Positions 1-8,503 of a stretch of DNA of 57,594 nt are shown one piece after another. The position numbers and the translations under genes are program-made. Under the pieces are notes generated by a model that ran no database searches, was not told the origin of the DNA, and saw only the letters and a program-made list of their open reading frames with translations. Position 1 is the first letter of the stretch. Every line of letters begins with the position of its first letter. The stretch comes from Armatimonadota bacterium (GTDB taxonomy: Bacteria; Armatimonadota; UBA5829), in assembly GCA_012522555.1 (NCBI GenBank), contig JAAYKG010000060.1, positions 1-57,594 on the forward strand, written 5' to 3'.

Positions 1-365
1 AGCAGTCTCAAAAGGAATATAACATAGATAATTCTCGACTGTATCTGACCGGCCTTTCCCAGGGTGGGCACGGAACATGGGCTATAGCTGCGATGCACCC
101 GGATATGTTCGCGGCGATTGCGCCCGTGTGCGGATGGGGGGATGAGGAGATAGCGCACAAGGTCGCGAAACTGCCGATCTGGACGTTCCACGGAGATCAA
201 GATAAGGCCGTCGACATCGAACGCAGCCGCGAGATGGAGAAATGGATAACAGACGCAGGCGGCAAATGTAAGCTGACCGTCTATCCGGGCGTAGGCCACA
301 ATTCATGGGACAACGCCTATCGCAACGAGGGCCTCGGCAAGTGGTTTTTGGAGCATAAAAAATAA
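1..365 (+). CDS. alpha/beta-hydrolase fold esterase (carboxylesterase/dienelactone-hydrolase-like), C-terminal part; 5' end lies outside the window
   Basis: Frame 3 is open from the window edge. It reads LYLTGLSQGGHGTW (GxSxG-type nucleophile elbow), then WTFHGDQDKAV and GVGHNSW (Asp and His in catalytic-triad order). Stop TAA at 363-365. Confidence 0.75.
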   Translation, partial: QSQKEYNIDNSRLYLTGLSQGGHGTWAIAAMHPDMFAAIAPVCGWGDEEIAHKVAKLPIWTFHGDQDKAVDIERSREMEKWITDAGGKCKLTVYPGVGHNSWDNAYRNEGLGKWFLEHKK

Positions 366-1517
366 TCACGCGCAGGTCACGAACTCCTGCGATACATCAT
401 TCAGCAGCAGCAGACCCGAATGAGTGACGCGGAGGCGGGAATTGGCCAGTTCGACCAGACCCCGTCGCTGCAGGGATTCTATCTCTGCGGCGAATTCGGC
501 CATCGGATCGAGGCCCAACCGCCTCTGCGTTCGCGCTAGGTCGACGCCTTCGAGCATCCTCAGCCCCTGAATTATAGTCTCCCCCAGCCGTTCTCGGCAG
601 TCCAGCGACTCCGAAAACTCGATGGCTTCACAGCCGGTGTTAATTGCGTTGATATATTTTCTGGGGTCGGAGACCCGGCGCGATCGTTTTCCATTTATAT
701 AGCTTGTTGCCCCAGCTCCGAATCCGTAGTAAGGCCCATTCATCCAATAGACCATATTGTGGCACGATCGGAAGCCGGGGCGTGCGAAGTTGGAGACTTC
801 ATAATGCTCGTAACCGGCCTCGCTCAGCTTGCTTATTGTCAGCTCATACATCCTCAGGCGCAAATCCTCATCGACCGGCTCCAGCCTGCCGGCCGCCAAC
901 AATTCCGCGAACCGAGTCCCTTCCTCTATCGACAATTCATACAGTGAAAGATGTTCGGGCGGCGGTTTGAGTTGCAAGGCGGCGTCGAGAGTGTCCGACC
1001 AATGCCCCAGCCCCTGGCCCGGCAGCGCGAAGATCAGATCAACCCCCACATTGCAAAAGCCTTCTTCGCGGACGGTATTATACGCGGCAGCGGCCTGGTC
1101 CCGAGAATGGATTCGCCCCATAGTGCGCAAATACGCGTCATCGAAGGATTGGACGCCAAGACTGATCCTATTGAACCCCGCATGCCTAAGTCGGCTGGCC
1201 CCATTCGCGTCGATAGTGCCGGGGTTTGCCTCTAAAGTGACCTCAGCATCCTCATCAATGCCTATGCTGCAGCGCAATTCACCCAGAATTGCCTCCAACT
1301 TTTCGGCGGGTAAAACCGTCGGAGTCCCGCCGCCGAAGTAGACGGTTTGCAAGCTCGATTGATCGTTTTTCCGCACCTGCCTTATCTCGCTCATCAAAGC
1401 GCAAGCATAGCTGTCGAAAAAAGAATCCATGCCGGAATAGGAATTGAAGTCGCAATACCAGCACTTCGAGACACAAAACGGGATATGGATATAGGCCGCT
1501 TTTGGAATGTCGATCAC
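366..1517 (-). CDS. hemW: radical-SAM heme chaperone HemW (coproporphyrinogen III oxidase-like)
   Basis: CxxxCxxC motif (CVSKCWYC) near the N-terminus, GGGTP motif and a HemN_C-like tail. Start placed at GTG 1517-1515 (VIDIPKAAYIHIPF), which overlaps the trxB stop as GTGA. The ORF-track start at 1685 would overlap trxB by about 170 nt with Gly/Ser-rich sequence. Confidence 0.85.
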   Translation of the reverse strand: MIDIPKAAYIHIPFCVSKCWYCDFNSYSGMDSFFDSYACALMSEIRQVRKNDQSSLQTVYFGGGTPTVLPAEKLEAILGELRCSIGIDEDAEVTLEANPGTIDANGASRLRHAGFNRISLGVQSFDDAYLRTMGRIHSRDQAAAAYNTVREEGFCNVGVDLIFALPGQGLGHWSDTLDAALQLKPPPEHLSLYELSIEEGTRFAELLAAGRLEPVDEDLRLRMYELTISKLSEAGYEHYEVSNFARPGFRSCHNMVYWMNGPYYGFGAGATSYINGKRSRRVSDPRKYINAINTGCEAIEFSESLDCRERLGETIIQGLRMLEGVDLARTQRRLGLDPMAEFAAEIESLQRRGLVELANSRLRVTHSGLLLLNDVSQEFVTCA

Positions 1518-2476
1518 GTGATCATTTGACCCCAATCTTCCGCTACCGGCAGCCTCACCAGATATGCGTAGGCTCCCAGAGCCGCTTTCGCCCCGTCTCC
1601 CGCAGCTATTATTATCTGTTTCTCCGGCACATCGGTCACATCCCCAGCCGCATACAGCCCAGGAATCCCCGTGCGAGCCGCACAATCTACCGGTATTTCC
1701 CCGTGTGGGTTAAGCCGCACCACGCCATCTGCAAAATCGGTGTTCGGGCTGAGGCCAATCTCGATGAAAACGCCCTTCACATCCAAGCGCCTCGGCGATC
1801 CGCCATCCACGCTGTCTATCATAATCCCATCGACAAAGTCCTCGCCGATTATCTCAGTTACCTTCGTGCCGGTAAGGATCTCGACGTTATCGGCCTCCTG
1901 TGCTTTGCGCACGACCACCGCATCGGCCCTCAACTCGGGAGAGCGCTCGATGATATATACTTTTGGGCATATCTTCATCATCTGCACAACCGCGTCGAGG
2001 CCGGAATTGCCTCCTCCGATGATAGCAACATCGTGGCCGGCGAATACAGGCCCGTCGCAGGTAGCGCAGTAGGTTACCCCTCTGCCAATAAGCTCCTTTT
2101 CGCCTGGCACACCCAGCATCCTGGGGGATTTGCCTGTCGCGACAATCACCGCTCTGGCAGTAAAGGTTCGGCCATCATGGGTCTGCACACTGAATCGATC
2201 CCCAGTGCGGCTAAGGTTCGAGGCGCGAGTATACTCATGCGGAACATTAAACTGTCTCACGTGCTCTTCGAATTTCTGTACCAGTTCCGGCCCGGTGATG
2301 AACGGAAAACCCAGATAGTTTTCTATTCCCGCGCTCCACATCGTCTGGCCGCCGATATCGTCGGAGATGACCAGCATATCCATCTGCTTGCGAGCGCCAT
2401 ACACAACCGCAGTCATCCCCGCAGGGCCTCCGCCCAGCACTATCAGATCATAATGTGTTTTATCAGCCATACGCAC
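1514..2476 (-). CDS. trxB: thioredoxin-disulfide reductase
   Basis: GGGPAG FAD motif, CATC redox-active disulfide and GGGNSG NADPH motif. 320 aa is the typical length. Confidence 0.95.
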   Translation of the reverse strand: MRMADKTHYDLIVLGGGPAGMTAVVYGARKQMDMLVISDDIGGQTMWSAGIENYLGFPFITGPELVQKFEEHVRQFNVPHEYTRASNLSRTGDRFSVQTHDGRTFTARAVIVATGKSPRMLGVPGEKELIGRGVTYCATCDGPVFAGHDVAIIGGGNSGLDAVVQMMKICPKVYIIERSPELRADAVVVRKAQEADNVEILTGTKVTEIIGEDFVDGIMIDSVDGGSPRRLDVKGVFIEIGLSPNTDFADGVVRLNPHGEIPVDCAARTGIPGLYAAGDVTDVPEKQIIIAAGDGAKAALGAYAYLVRLPVAEDWGQMIT

Positions 2477-2488
2477 CTCAAATCCAGT

Positions 2489-2734
2489 CTAGCCCAGCAG
2501 TTCTTCGAGTTTGGCGCGATTAAATCCGACGATCGTTTGGCCGTCGACCTCGATGACCGGAACACCAAGCTGCCCGGACTTTTGCACCATAGCATTTCGC
2601 GCTTCGAGGTCGGCGGCCACATTCTTTTCTGAAAACTCAACTCCCTTCTGCTTGAGATAATCCTTCACCTGGTGACAGTACGGACAAGTGGGAGTCGTAT
2701 ACACTGTCACCTGTTTTGCGTCTTGTGTTGCCAT
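2489..2734 (-). CDS. glutaredoxin-like small redox protein (CPYC active site)
   Basis: 81 aa with VTVYTTPTCPYCHQVKDYL and a GVPVIEVDG thioredoxin-fold signature. Lies directly upstream of trxB on the same strand. Confidence 0.9.
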   Translation of the reverse strand: MATQDAKQVTVYTTPTCPYCHQVKDYLKQKGVEFSEKNVAADLEARNAMVQKSGQLGVPVIEVDGQTIVGFNRAKLEELLG

Positions 2735-2796
2735 TATTATCCTCCTTAAAAGAATATTTCATCCACAGCTATACCCAAAATCGCGGCTATTTGCTA

Positions 2797-2825
2797 TTGC
2801 ATTTGGCCGACTAAACTGGTATACT
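2797..2825 (+). promoter_or_regulatory. sigma-70-type promoter for rpsT (TTGCAT-N17-TATACT)
   Basis: TTGCAT at 2797-2802, a 17-nt spacer, and TATACT at 2820-2825, about 55 nt upstream of the rpsT start. Confidence 0.5.
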
Positions 2826-2879
2826 GGCAAGGTTATCAGTTTAATAATCCCTTCGGCACAGACAGGGGGTGAGACCTAG

Positions 2880-3146
2880 TTGCCAAATATTAAATCTGTT
2901 GTTAAAGACGTTAAGAAGTCTCGAGAGCGCAGGCTCCGAAACCTCGATACGAGGTCCAAAATCAAGACCTTCGTAAAGAAGACCAAATCGGCGATGGACG
3001 AACAGTCCGATCAGACAGCCGCGTTGCTCAATGAGACTGTGAGCATACTCGATAAGGCCGCCAAGCGTGGGATTATCCATCCTAACGCTGCTGCCCGGCG
3101 CAAGTCCAGGCTTATGAAGCGAATCAACGCTAAGGTCTCCGAATAA
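2880..3146 (+). CDS. rpsT: 30S ribosomal protein S20
   Basis: TTG start. PNIKSVVKDVKKSRERRLRN ... AAKRGIIHPNAAARRKSRL is a typical S20 sequence. 88 aa. Confidence 0.95.
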   Translation: MPNIKSVVKDVKKSRERRLRNLDTRSKIKTFVKKTKSAMDEQSDQTAALLNETVSILDKAAKRGIIHPNAAARRKSRLMKRINAKVSE

Positions 3147-3179
3147 GCCGGCTGCCATAAAGTATACCAGATTTGAACC

Positions 3180-3211
3180 AGAGAGGTAAGCGATGCTGCC
3201 TCTCTTTTCTT
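3180..3211 (+). terminator. rho-independent terminator after rpsT
   Basis: AGAGAGG (3180-3186) pairs with CCTCTCT (3199-3205), followed by TTTCTT. Confidence 0.6.
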
Positions 3212-3247
3212 CGCACATCTGCTGTAGTTTTGCTGGAGGTCGCAGAT

Positions 3248-4150
3248 ATGCTGACGAAAAAACAGGTTATAGACGGTCTGATCGACCTGGGGCTTGAAGC
3301 CGGAGATACGGTAATTGTTCACAGCTCCCTGCGCAGTTTCGGCGAGGTCGACGGCGGCGCGGATACGGTTATCGACGCCATATTAGAGACGATCGGGCCG
3401 GATGGCACTTTGGTTGTGCCGACATTCAACTACGACCCTGGGGTTTTCGACCCCGCAGCCACTCCATCTGTGGTGGGTATGATCACCGAGGCTGTTCGCA
3501 TACGCCCGGAGGCGATTCGCAGCAGCCACCCGACACATTCGGTGGCGGCGATCGGCAGGCTGGCCGAGCAAATCACCGAAGATCATGATAGAGTCGAGGC
3601 GTTTGCGAGAAATTCCGCGCTTCACAAAGCAGCGCGGGTGGGCGGGAAGATTCTCCAGCTCGGAGTCACACAGACCTCTAATTCTTCGATTCACGTAGCC
3701 GAGGAGCTTGCACAGGTTCCATACCTCGACAAACAGCGGCGCGTCGGCATCAAGCTGCGCAGTGGTAAGGTCGTGCACAAATGGGTCCGCAGACCCGGCT
3801 GCAGCCAGGGTTTCGAAGCTATAGACGAATTGCTATACGAACAAGACGCCATAAAAGAGACGATTATAGGCCGGTGTAAAGCCAGGCTGATGGGTGCCAG
3901 AGCCGTGATCGAAGTTGCCGTTGATATGCTTAGAGCCGACCCAGCGGCGCTGCTGTGCGACAGGCCGGAATGTGGGGCCTGCGCGGAGTCGCGGGCGATG
4001 ATTGACGCCACAGCCTCGGAGGAAGAGGAACGCCGCCTTACTGAAATGGCCGAAGAAGAGGAACGTATCCGCAGGCAGACCGAGGAAAAGCTCGCGGGAA
4101 GAGTCAATTTTTATGAAATCGACGGCCAGGACAGGTCCTCATCCAACTAA
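3248..4150 (+). CDS. AAC(3)-family aminoglycoside N-acetyltransferase-like protein with an acidic C-terminal tail
   Basis: VIVHSSLRSFGEVDGGADTVIDAILETIGPDGTLVVPTFNY matches the Antibiotic_NAT/AAC(3) N-terminal signature. Start moved to ATG 3248 because 3180-3211 is the rpsT terminator. Confidence 0.8.
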   Translation: MLTKKQVIDGLIDLGLEAGDTVIVHSSLRSFGEVDGGADTVIDAILETIGPDGTLVVPTFNYDPGVFDPAATPSVVGMITEAVRIRPEAIRSSHPTHSVAAIGRLAEQITEDHDRVEAFARNSALHKAARVGGKILQLGVTQTSNSSIHVAEELAQVPYLDKQRRVGIKLRSGKVVHKWVRRPGCSQGFEAIDELLYEQDAIKETIIGRCKARLMGARAVIEVAVDMLRADPAALLCDRPECGACAESRAMIDATASEEEERRLTEMAEEEERIRRQTEEKLAGRVNFYEIDGQDRSSSN

Positions 4151-4171
4151 TATCAGCCTGGCCGTCGGAAA

Positions 4172-5143
4172 TTAAATCATTTTCTCCGAATATGCGCCCA
4201 TACCGCGGAATTTTTTGTATCGAGTATCGAGCAACTCGGGGATGGGAACCTCTAAAAGCTCGTCGATGTGTTTTACTAAAGCAGCTTTGAGGTTTCTTGC
4301 CGCCAGATCCATATTCCGATGGGCGCCGCCCAGAGGTTCCTTGACGACCTCATCGACCAATCCAAGCTCGCGACCGCCTTCGCTGGTGACTTTCATCACC
4401 TCTGCTCCATCTTTGCCCCGAGCCGCGTCCTTCCATACGATTGCCGCGAAGCCCTCCGGAGGGATCACGGCATAGATGGAATGCTCCAACATAAGCACCC
4501 GATCTCCCAGCGCTATTCCGATTGCTCCGCCGCTTCCGCCTTCGCCGATCACCACCACAACAACAGGCGTCTTGAGCGTGGCCATTTCCATCATATTTCG
4601 AGCGATAGCCCCACTTATCCCGCGCTGTTCCGCACCGACGTTGACATCCGCCGCCGGGGTATCGACGAAGCAGATCACCGGCCTGTGGAATTTCTCCGCC
4701 AGCTTCATAAGCCGCAGGGCCTTGCGGTAGCCCTCAGGCTTGGCGCTGCCGAAGTTTCGATATCCTCGCTCCTTTATATCACGACCTTTTTGTTGACCAA
4801 CGAACATCACCTGTCTGTGGTCCAGGGTTGCTATTCCGCCAACCATCGCCGGGTCATCAGCAAACAGCCTGTCGCCGTGCAGTTCGGTATAATCATCAAA
4901 GATAGTGCGCACATAATCCAGCGTATACGGCCGTTTGGGATGTCTCGCGAGCAGGGTCTTGTCCCAAGCGGATAAATTAGCAAATATCTGCTCAATTAGT
5001 CGATCACGATCGGTCTCAAGCGCGAGAATATCTTCAGTGCGATCCTCTCCGCTCTCCGCTGTCAGCCGTTTGATCTCTGCGATCTGTTCGTCGAGTTCGG
5101 CGATTGGTTTCTCGAAGTCGAGTATGTTCCAGCTAGGCGGCAT
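4172..5143 (-). CDS. accA: acetyl-CoA carboxylase carboxyltransferase subunit alpha
   Basis: LDFEKPIAELDEQI ... RHPKRPYTLDY ... VICFVDTPAADVNVGAEQRG are typical AccA motifs. Start at ATG 5143 behind AGGAGGA. Overlaps the accD stop by 11 nt. Confidence 0.93.
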   Translation of the reverse strand: MPPSWNILDFEKPIAELDEQIAEIKRLTAESGEDRTEDILALETDRDRLIEQIFANLSAWDKTLLARHPKRPYTLDYVRTIFDDYTELHGDRLFADDPAMVGGIATLDHRQVMFVGQQKGRDIKERGYRNFGSAKPEGYRKALRLMKLAEKFHRPVICFVDTPAADVNVGAEQRGISGAIARNMMEMATLKTPVVVVVIGEGGSGGAIGIALGDRVLMLEHSIYAVIPPEGFAAIVWKDAARGKDGAEVMKVTSEGGRELGLVDEVVKEPLGGAHRNMDLAARNLKAALVKHIDELLEVPIPELLDTRYKKFRGMGAYSEKMI

Positions 5144-6005
5144 CTTCGTTGTCCTCCTGTTCTCGACAGAAAGCAAGCAGTTTGATCAAGGTCGGCTTGA
5201 GGTCTTTGCGAGGGACGATTCGGTCGATGTGGCCGTTTTGCAGTGCAAATTCCGCCCTGCGGAAATTATCCGGGACGTTGACCACCTGTGCTTGCTTCGC
5301 AACACGATCCGCGGTCAGCCCGGTCAGCAGGCCCGGCTCGGAGATAGTGAAATCGCCCAAAGACCCGTAACTGGCGAGGACTCCGGCCAGCGAGTTGTCC
5401 GTCAAGACGACTATATAAGGAATCCCGGCCTCGTGGAGCTTCGCACAGGCGGCCGAAGTCTTGGCCATCTGCATAAGTCCCGGCAGCCCCTCGGTCACTC
5501 GAATCCCGCCGGAGGCTATGAACATAATCACGGGCATATCGTTTTGTATGGCGAACTCCATCGCTCGCACCACTCTTTCGCCGACCACTCCGCCCATAGT
5601 GCCGGCCCAGAAGTGGAAATCCAGCACGCCAAGCACCACCGAGCGGCCGTCGATCTCTCCGACGCCGGTGATTATAGCTTCCTCCATACCGGTTTTTGCC
5701 CGCCACTTTGCGAGCTTGGGTTCATATTCGTCAAACTCCAGCACATTCACCGTGGCCAGATTCGCGTCCATCTCCTCGAACGCACCGTCATCGACTATGC
5801 TCTCGATGCGCTCCGCGGCCCCAAGTATATAGTGATAGCCACACTTGTTGCACACGCGCATATTTTTTAGAAGTTCTTTATTGAAGAGTATCTCGCTGCA
5901 CTGAGGACACTTTGTCCACAAACCGTCAGGTAGAGCATCCACGCTCTGCCTCGCTGTCTTACGCGCAGCTTTTGCCCTTCTGCCAAACCATGGCGCAGGC
6001 GTCAT
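5133..6005 (-). CDS. accD: acetyl-CoA carboxylase carboxyltransferase subunit beta
   Basis: N-terminal zinc ribbon CPQC...CNKCGYH followed by a carboxyltransferase domain. Adjacent to accA. Confidence 0.93.
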   Translation of the reverse strand: MTPAPWFGRRAKAARKTARQSVDALPDGLWTKCPQCSEILFNKELLKNMRVCNKCGYHYILGAAERIESIVDDGAFEEMDANLATVNVLEFDEYEPKLAKWRAKTGMEEAIITGVGEIDGRSVVLGVLDFHFWAGTMGGVVGERVVRAMEFAIQNDMPVIMFIASGGIRVTEGLPGLMQMAKTSAACAKLHEAGIPYIVVLTDNSLAGVLASYGSLGDFTISEPGLLTGLTADRVAKQAQVVNVPDNFRRAEFALQNGHIDRIVPRKDLKPTLIKLLAFCREQEDNEDAA

Positions 6006-6085
6006 ATCGGCACCTCAACTACAAAACTATCTGATTTTCGCAGACAAAATTCGTGATAACTCCACCATTATAACAGAAACTCCAT

Positions 6086-8050
6086 CTACGCGCCGATTCT
6101 GCCGACCCACCACAAGAGCACAACGAAAAGCAGAGAAATCACAAAGGCAATGGAGAATCCGATGATATTCACAGCGCGGGGATGATTTATCTCCCACGGG
6201 TGTCCTTTGCTCGCTCCAGCATAGACCATTTCCACTCCTTGCTCCTCGAGTTCCGCTTCTTTGCCGACGGGAGTGCTGATTAGTTTATAGAACTGGTCCA
6301 GCCTCTGCTTGGGCAGCGGTTTGCCAATCAGGCTCCCCAGGATCAAAGCGAGAATCCCCGCGGGCAGAAATGCAAGCAATCTATAGTGTAGCAGGCTCTT
6401 GTCCGCGTAAATACCCGGCAGGGGAACCCCGGCGCCGCGCATCACGATGTCCCCCGGTTTTATATCCAGATGGGGATCGGCGCTTTCGATGACGATCCCG
6501 CCTTTGTCCATAATCCCAATGGCGGCTTTTTCTGCTGCGGTGGCTTGCCTCGCTGAAATAGTGGAGTGTTCGCGTTTGGCTATCAGTGCAATCCTGTTCT
6601 TGCGCTCGAATCCATTGTCGGTTTTTCTGATAACGTCGACCATGACCCGGCTGATGGGCTTACTATCCATAAGCGCGCTAAGTTCCGCCGGGCTGTTTAC
6701 GGCTTTATAGGCGTTAACGGCAAGGCGTTGGCTCACCAATTGCCCAGGCTCGCCAACGATCAGCCATATCGTCAGCATAACCGCAAACGACGCCCACGCT
6801 CCTGTGGCATTTGCTCTTCTCCACAGCACCCCGGCCCACATAAACACCCCCGTAAAGGTGCTCAGAGTCCAGAACCACATCAGCGCTTCCGCCACGCCTT
6901 TTTGACTGAGCGCAAAGAACACTCCCAACGCCACAATAACAAGCCCGGCGACCCTGGCGACTCCCAGTAACTGAATATCCGTCGCAGTCGGTCTGATATG
7001 TTTTTTGAAAATATTTCGCGAAAGCAGAGCGGAAGCCGCCACCATAAATGCACTCAAACTGGACATCTGCGCCGCCAGAATCGCAGCAAACATAAGCCCG
7101 ATGAAACCCGGAGGCAGAAGTGTTCGTATTGCCGTGCCGAATGCGGCCTCCCGCTCAAACGGGGCCACATAATTCTTTGCAACCATCCCGATCATCACCA
7201 CCCCGGTCAGCGCCCAACCAATAGAGCAAAGTCGCTTCACGAAATTGCCATAGGTGAACCCTATACGGCCCTCGAACTCAGTTTTCCCGGTGGAACAGAC
7301 CTCCATGATATGCGGCTGTGCCACAATTCCGATCAGCATGGAAATGGATCCGGCGATGATCCACCATATATTTAGCTCCACTTTTCCAGTCAGAGCAAAC
7401 ATGGCTGGATCGGTCACTGCTTCGTGCAGACCTGCGAATCCCCCGAGCTTGGCCAAGCCGAACGGGATAAGAAGCAGAGACATCACCACGATCAACAGCC
7501 CCTGCACGCTCTCCGTCACCACGGTCGCCACCAGCCCGCCCGCCGTTCCATAGATCAAAAACACGATAGTCATCCCCAGAATCGACCAGATCGGAGCGAT
7601 CGCACCTCCACTCACCGCATACACTACGAACCCTGTTCCAATCAGCAAGGTTCCTATGTTGACCGCAAAGATCATAACCCCCCAAAGGGCATATAAAGTG
7701 CCCAACGACGAGCCGAACCTGGCTTCAAAAAAATCAGCCGTCGTCAGATAGCGGGATCTGCGGAACAGCGGCGCCATCAGCCAATAAAACGGCGTGACGA
7801 ACAAATACGCGAACGTATACCATATTCCGGCCAGCCCATTCTTGAACGCCGCGCCGACCACCACCACCGGATCGTCCGCGTGTGTTCCTGTTCCAAGAGC
7901 GTGCATCATCATCAGAAACTTGTTAAATTTACGTCCGCCGGCGAAGAAATCGCCGGTATTCTTGATCTTTCTGGCCTGAAAAACCCCCAGAAACAGAATC
8001 CCAATGAAGTAGATCGCCAGAACGGCGATATCGAGCGAATTCATGCACAT
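6086..8050 (-). CDS. sodium:solute symporter (SSS) family transporter with a large inserted soluble domain
   Basis: IYFIGILFLGVFQARKIKNTGDFFAGGRKF is an SSS N-terminal signature, and there are many hydrophobic helices. Start is ATG 8050 (or 8044), behind GGGAGG. Confidence 0.85.
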   Translation of the reverse strand: MCMNSLDIAVLAIYFIGILFLGVFQARKIKNTGDFFAGGRKFNKFLMMMHALGTGTHADDPVVVVGAAFKNGLAGIWYTFAYLFVTPFYWLMAPLFRRSRYLTTADFFEARFGSSLGTLYALWGVMIFAVNIGTLLIGTGFVVYAVSGGAIAPIWSILGMTIVFLIYGTAGGLVATVVTESVQGLLIVVMSLLLIPFGLAKLGGFAGLHEAVTDPAMFALTGKVELNIWWIIAGSISMLIGIVAQPHIMEVCSTGKTEFEGRIGFTYGNFVKRLCSIGWALTGVVMIGMVAKNYVAPFEREAAFGTAIRTLLPPGFIGLMFAAILAAQMSSLSAFMVAASALLSRNIFKKHIRPTATDIQLLGVARVAGLVIVALGVFFALSQKGVAEALMWFWTLSTFTGVFMWAGVLWRRANATGAWASFAVMLTIWLIVGEPGQLVSQRLAVNAYKAVNSPAELSALMDSKPISRVMVDVIRKTDNGFERKNRIALIAKREHSTISARQATAAEKAAIGIMDKGGIVIESADPHLDIKPGDIVMRGAGVPLPGIYADKSLLHYRLLAFLPAGILALILGSLIGKPLPKQRLDQFYKLISTPVGKEAELEEQGVEMVYAGASKGHPWEINHPRAVNIIGFSIAFVISLLFVVLLWWVGRIGA

Positions 8051-8191
8051 AGTGGCCTCCCGCGAGAGTCTGATCACTTGCTGGTAGCTTATTAGCCATC
8101 GAGATTTTCTTTCCTGCCGTGGGCGATAATTGCTTGTGCGGCGCGATGGGTAGAATCATTTTGGTGAACGTCGTTATAAGGAAGTGCCGAG

Positions 8192-8491
8192 ATGAGAGGT
8201 GCATACGCAATATCGCTGGGAGTGCTGTTTGTCGTCGTTTTGGCAAGTGGATTTGTATTCGCAGATCAAAGTAATAATCCAGTCCCGCGCGTGCAATCGC
8301 CGAAAGTGGCCCAGCCGCCAGCTTCTATTCCGCAGCAACCGACCTGCCCGACGTTGAGATGCCCGCCTGTGGACTGCTGCGAGATTGCCCCGCAAACCTG
8401 CGGAGCGTTCTGCCAGGCTGGTCAACTGTCTCCCGGCTGGCCATATAATTGGTGTTCCGAATATTGGGTGCGGCCCAACACAAACTATTGA
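8192..8491 (+). CDS. small secreted Pro/Cys-rich hypothetical protein
   Basis: Signal-peptide-like N-terminus (AISLGVLFVVVLASGFVFA) and 7 Cys in the mature part. AAGGAAG lies upstream of the ATG. No family recognised. Confidence 0.45.
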   Translation: MRGAYAISLGVLFVVVLASGFVFADQSNNPVPRVQSPKVAQPPASIPQQPTCPTLRCPPVDCCEIAPQTCGAFCQAGQLSPGWPYNWCSEYWVRPNTNY

Positions 8492-8503
8492 TGACAGATC
8501 CAA

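Noticed and set aside
1502-2632. 376-aa plus-strand ORF
   Set aside because: It is entirely antisense to trxB and hemW, which have unambiguous motifs. It has no recognisable domain and an Arg/His/Ser-rich composition typical of shadow ORFs in GC-rich DNA.
8078-8191. Possible promoter TTGCTT-N15-TAGAAT upstream of the small secreted ORF
   Set aside because: The 15-nt spacer is short and the -35 is weak, so the support is not strong enough to list it as a feature.
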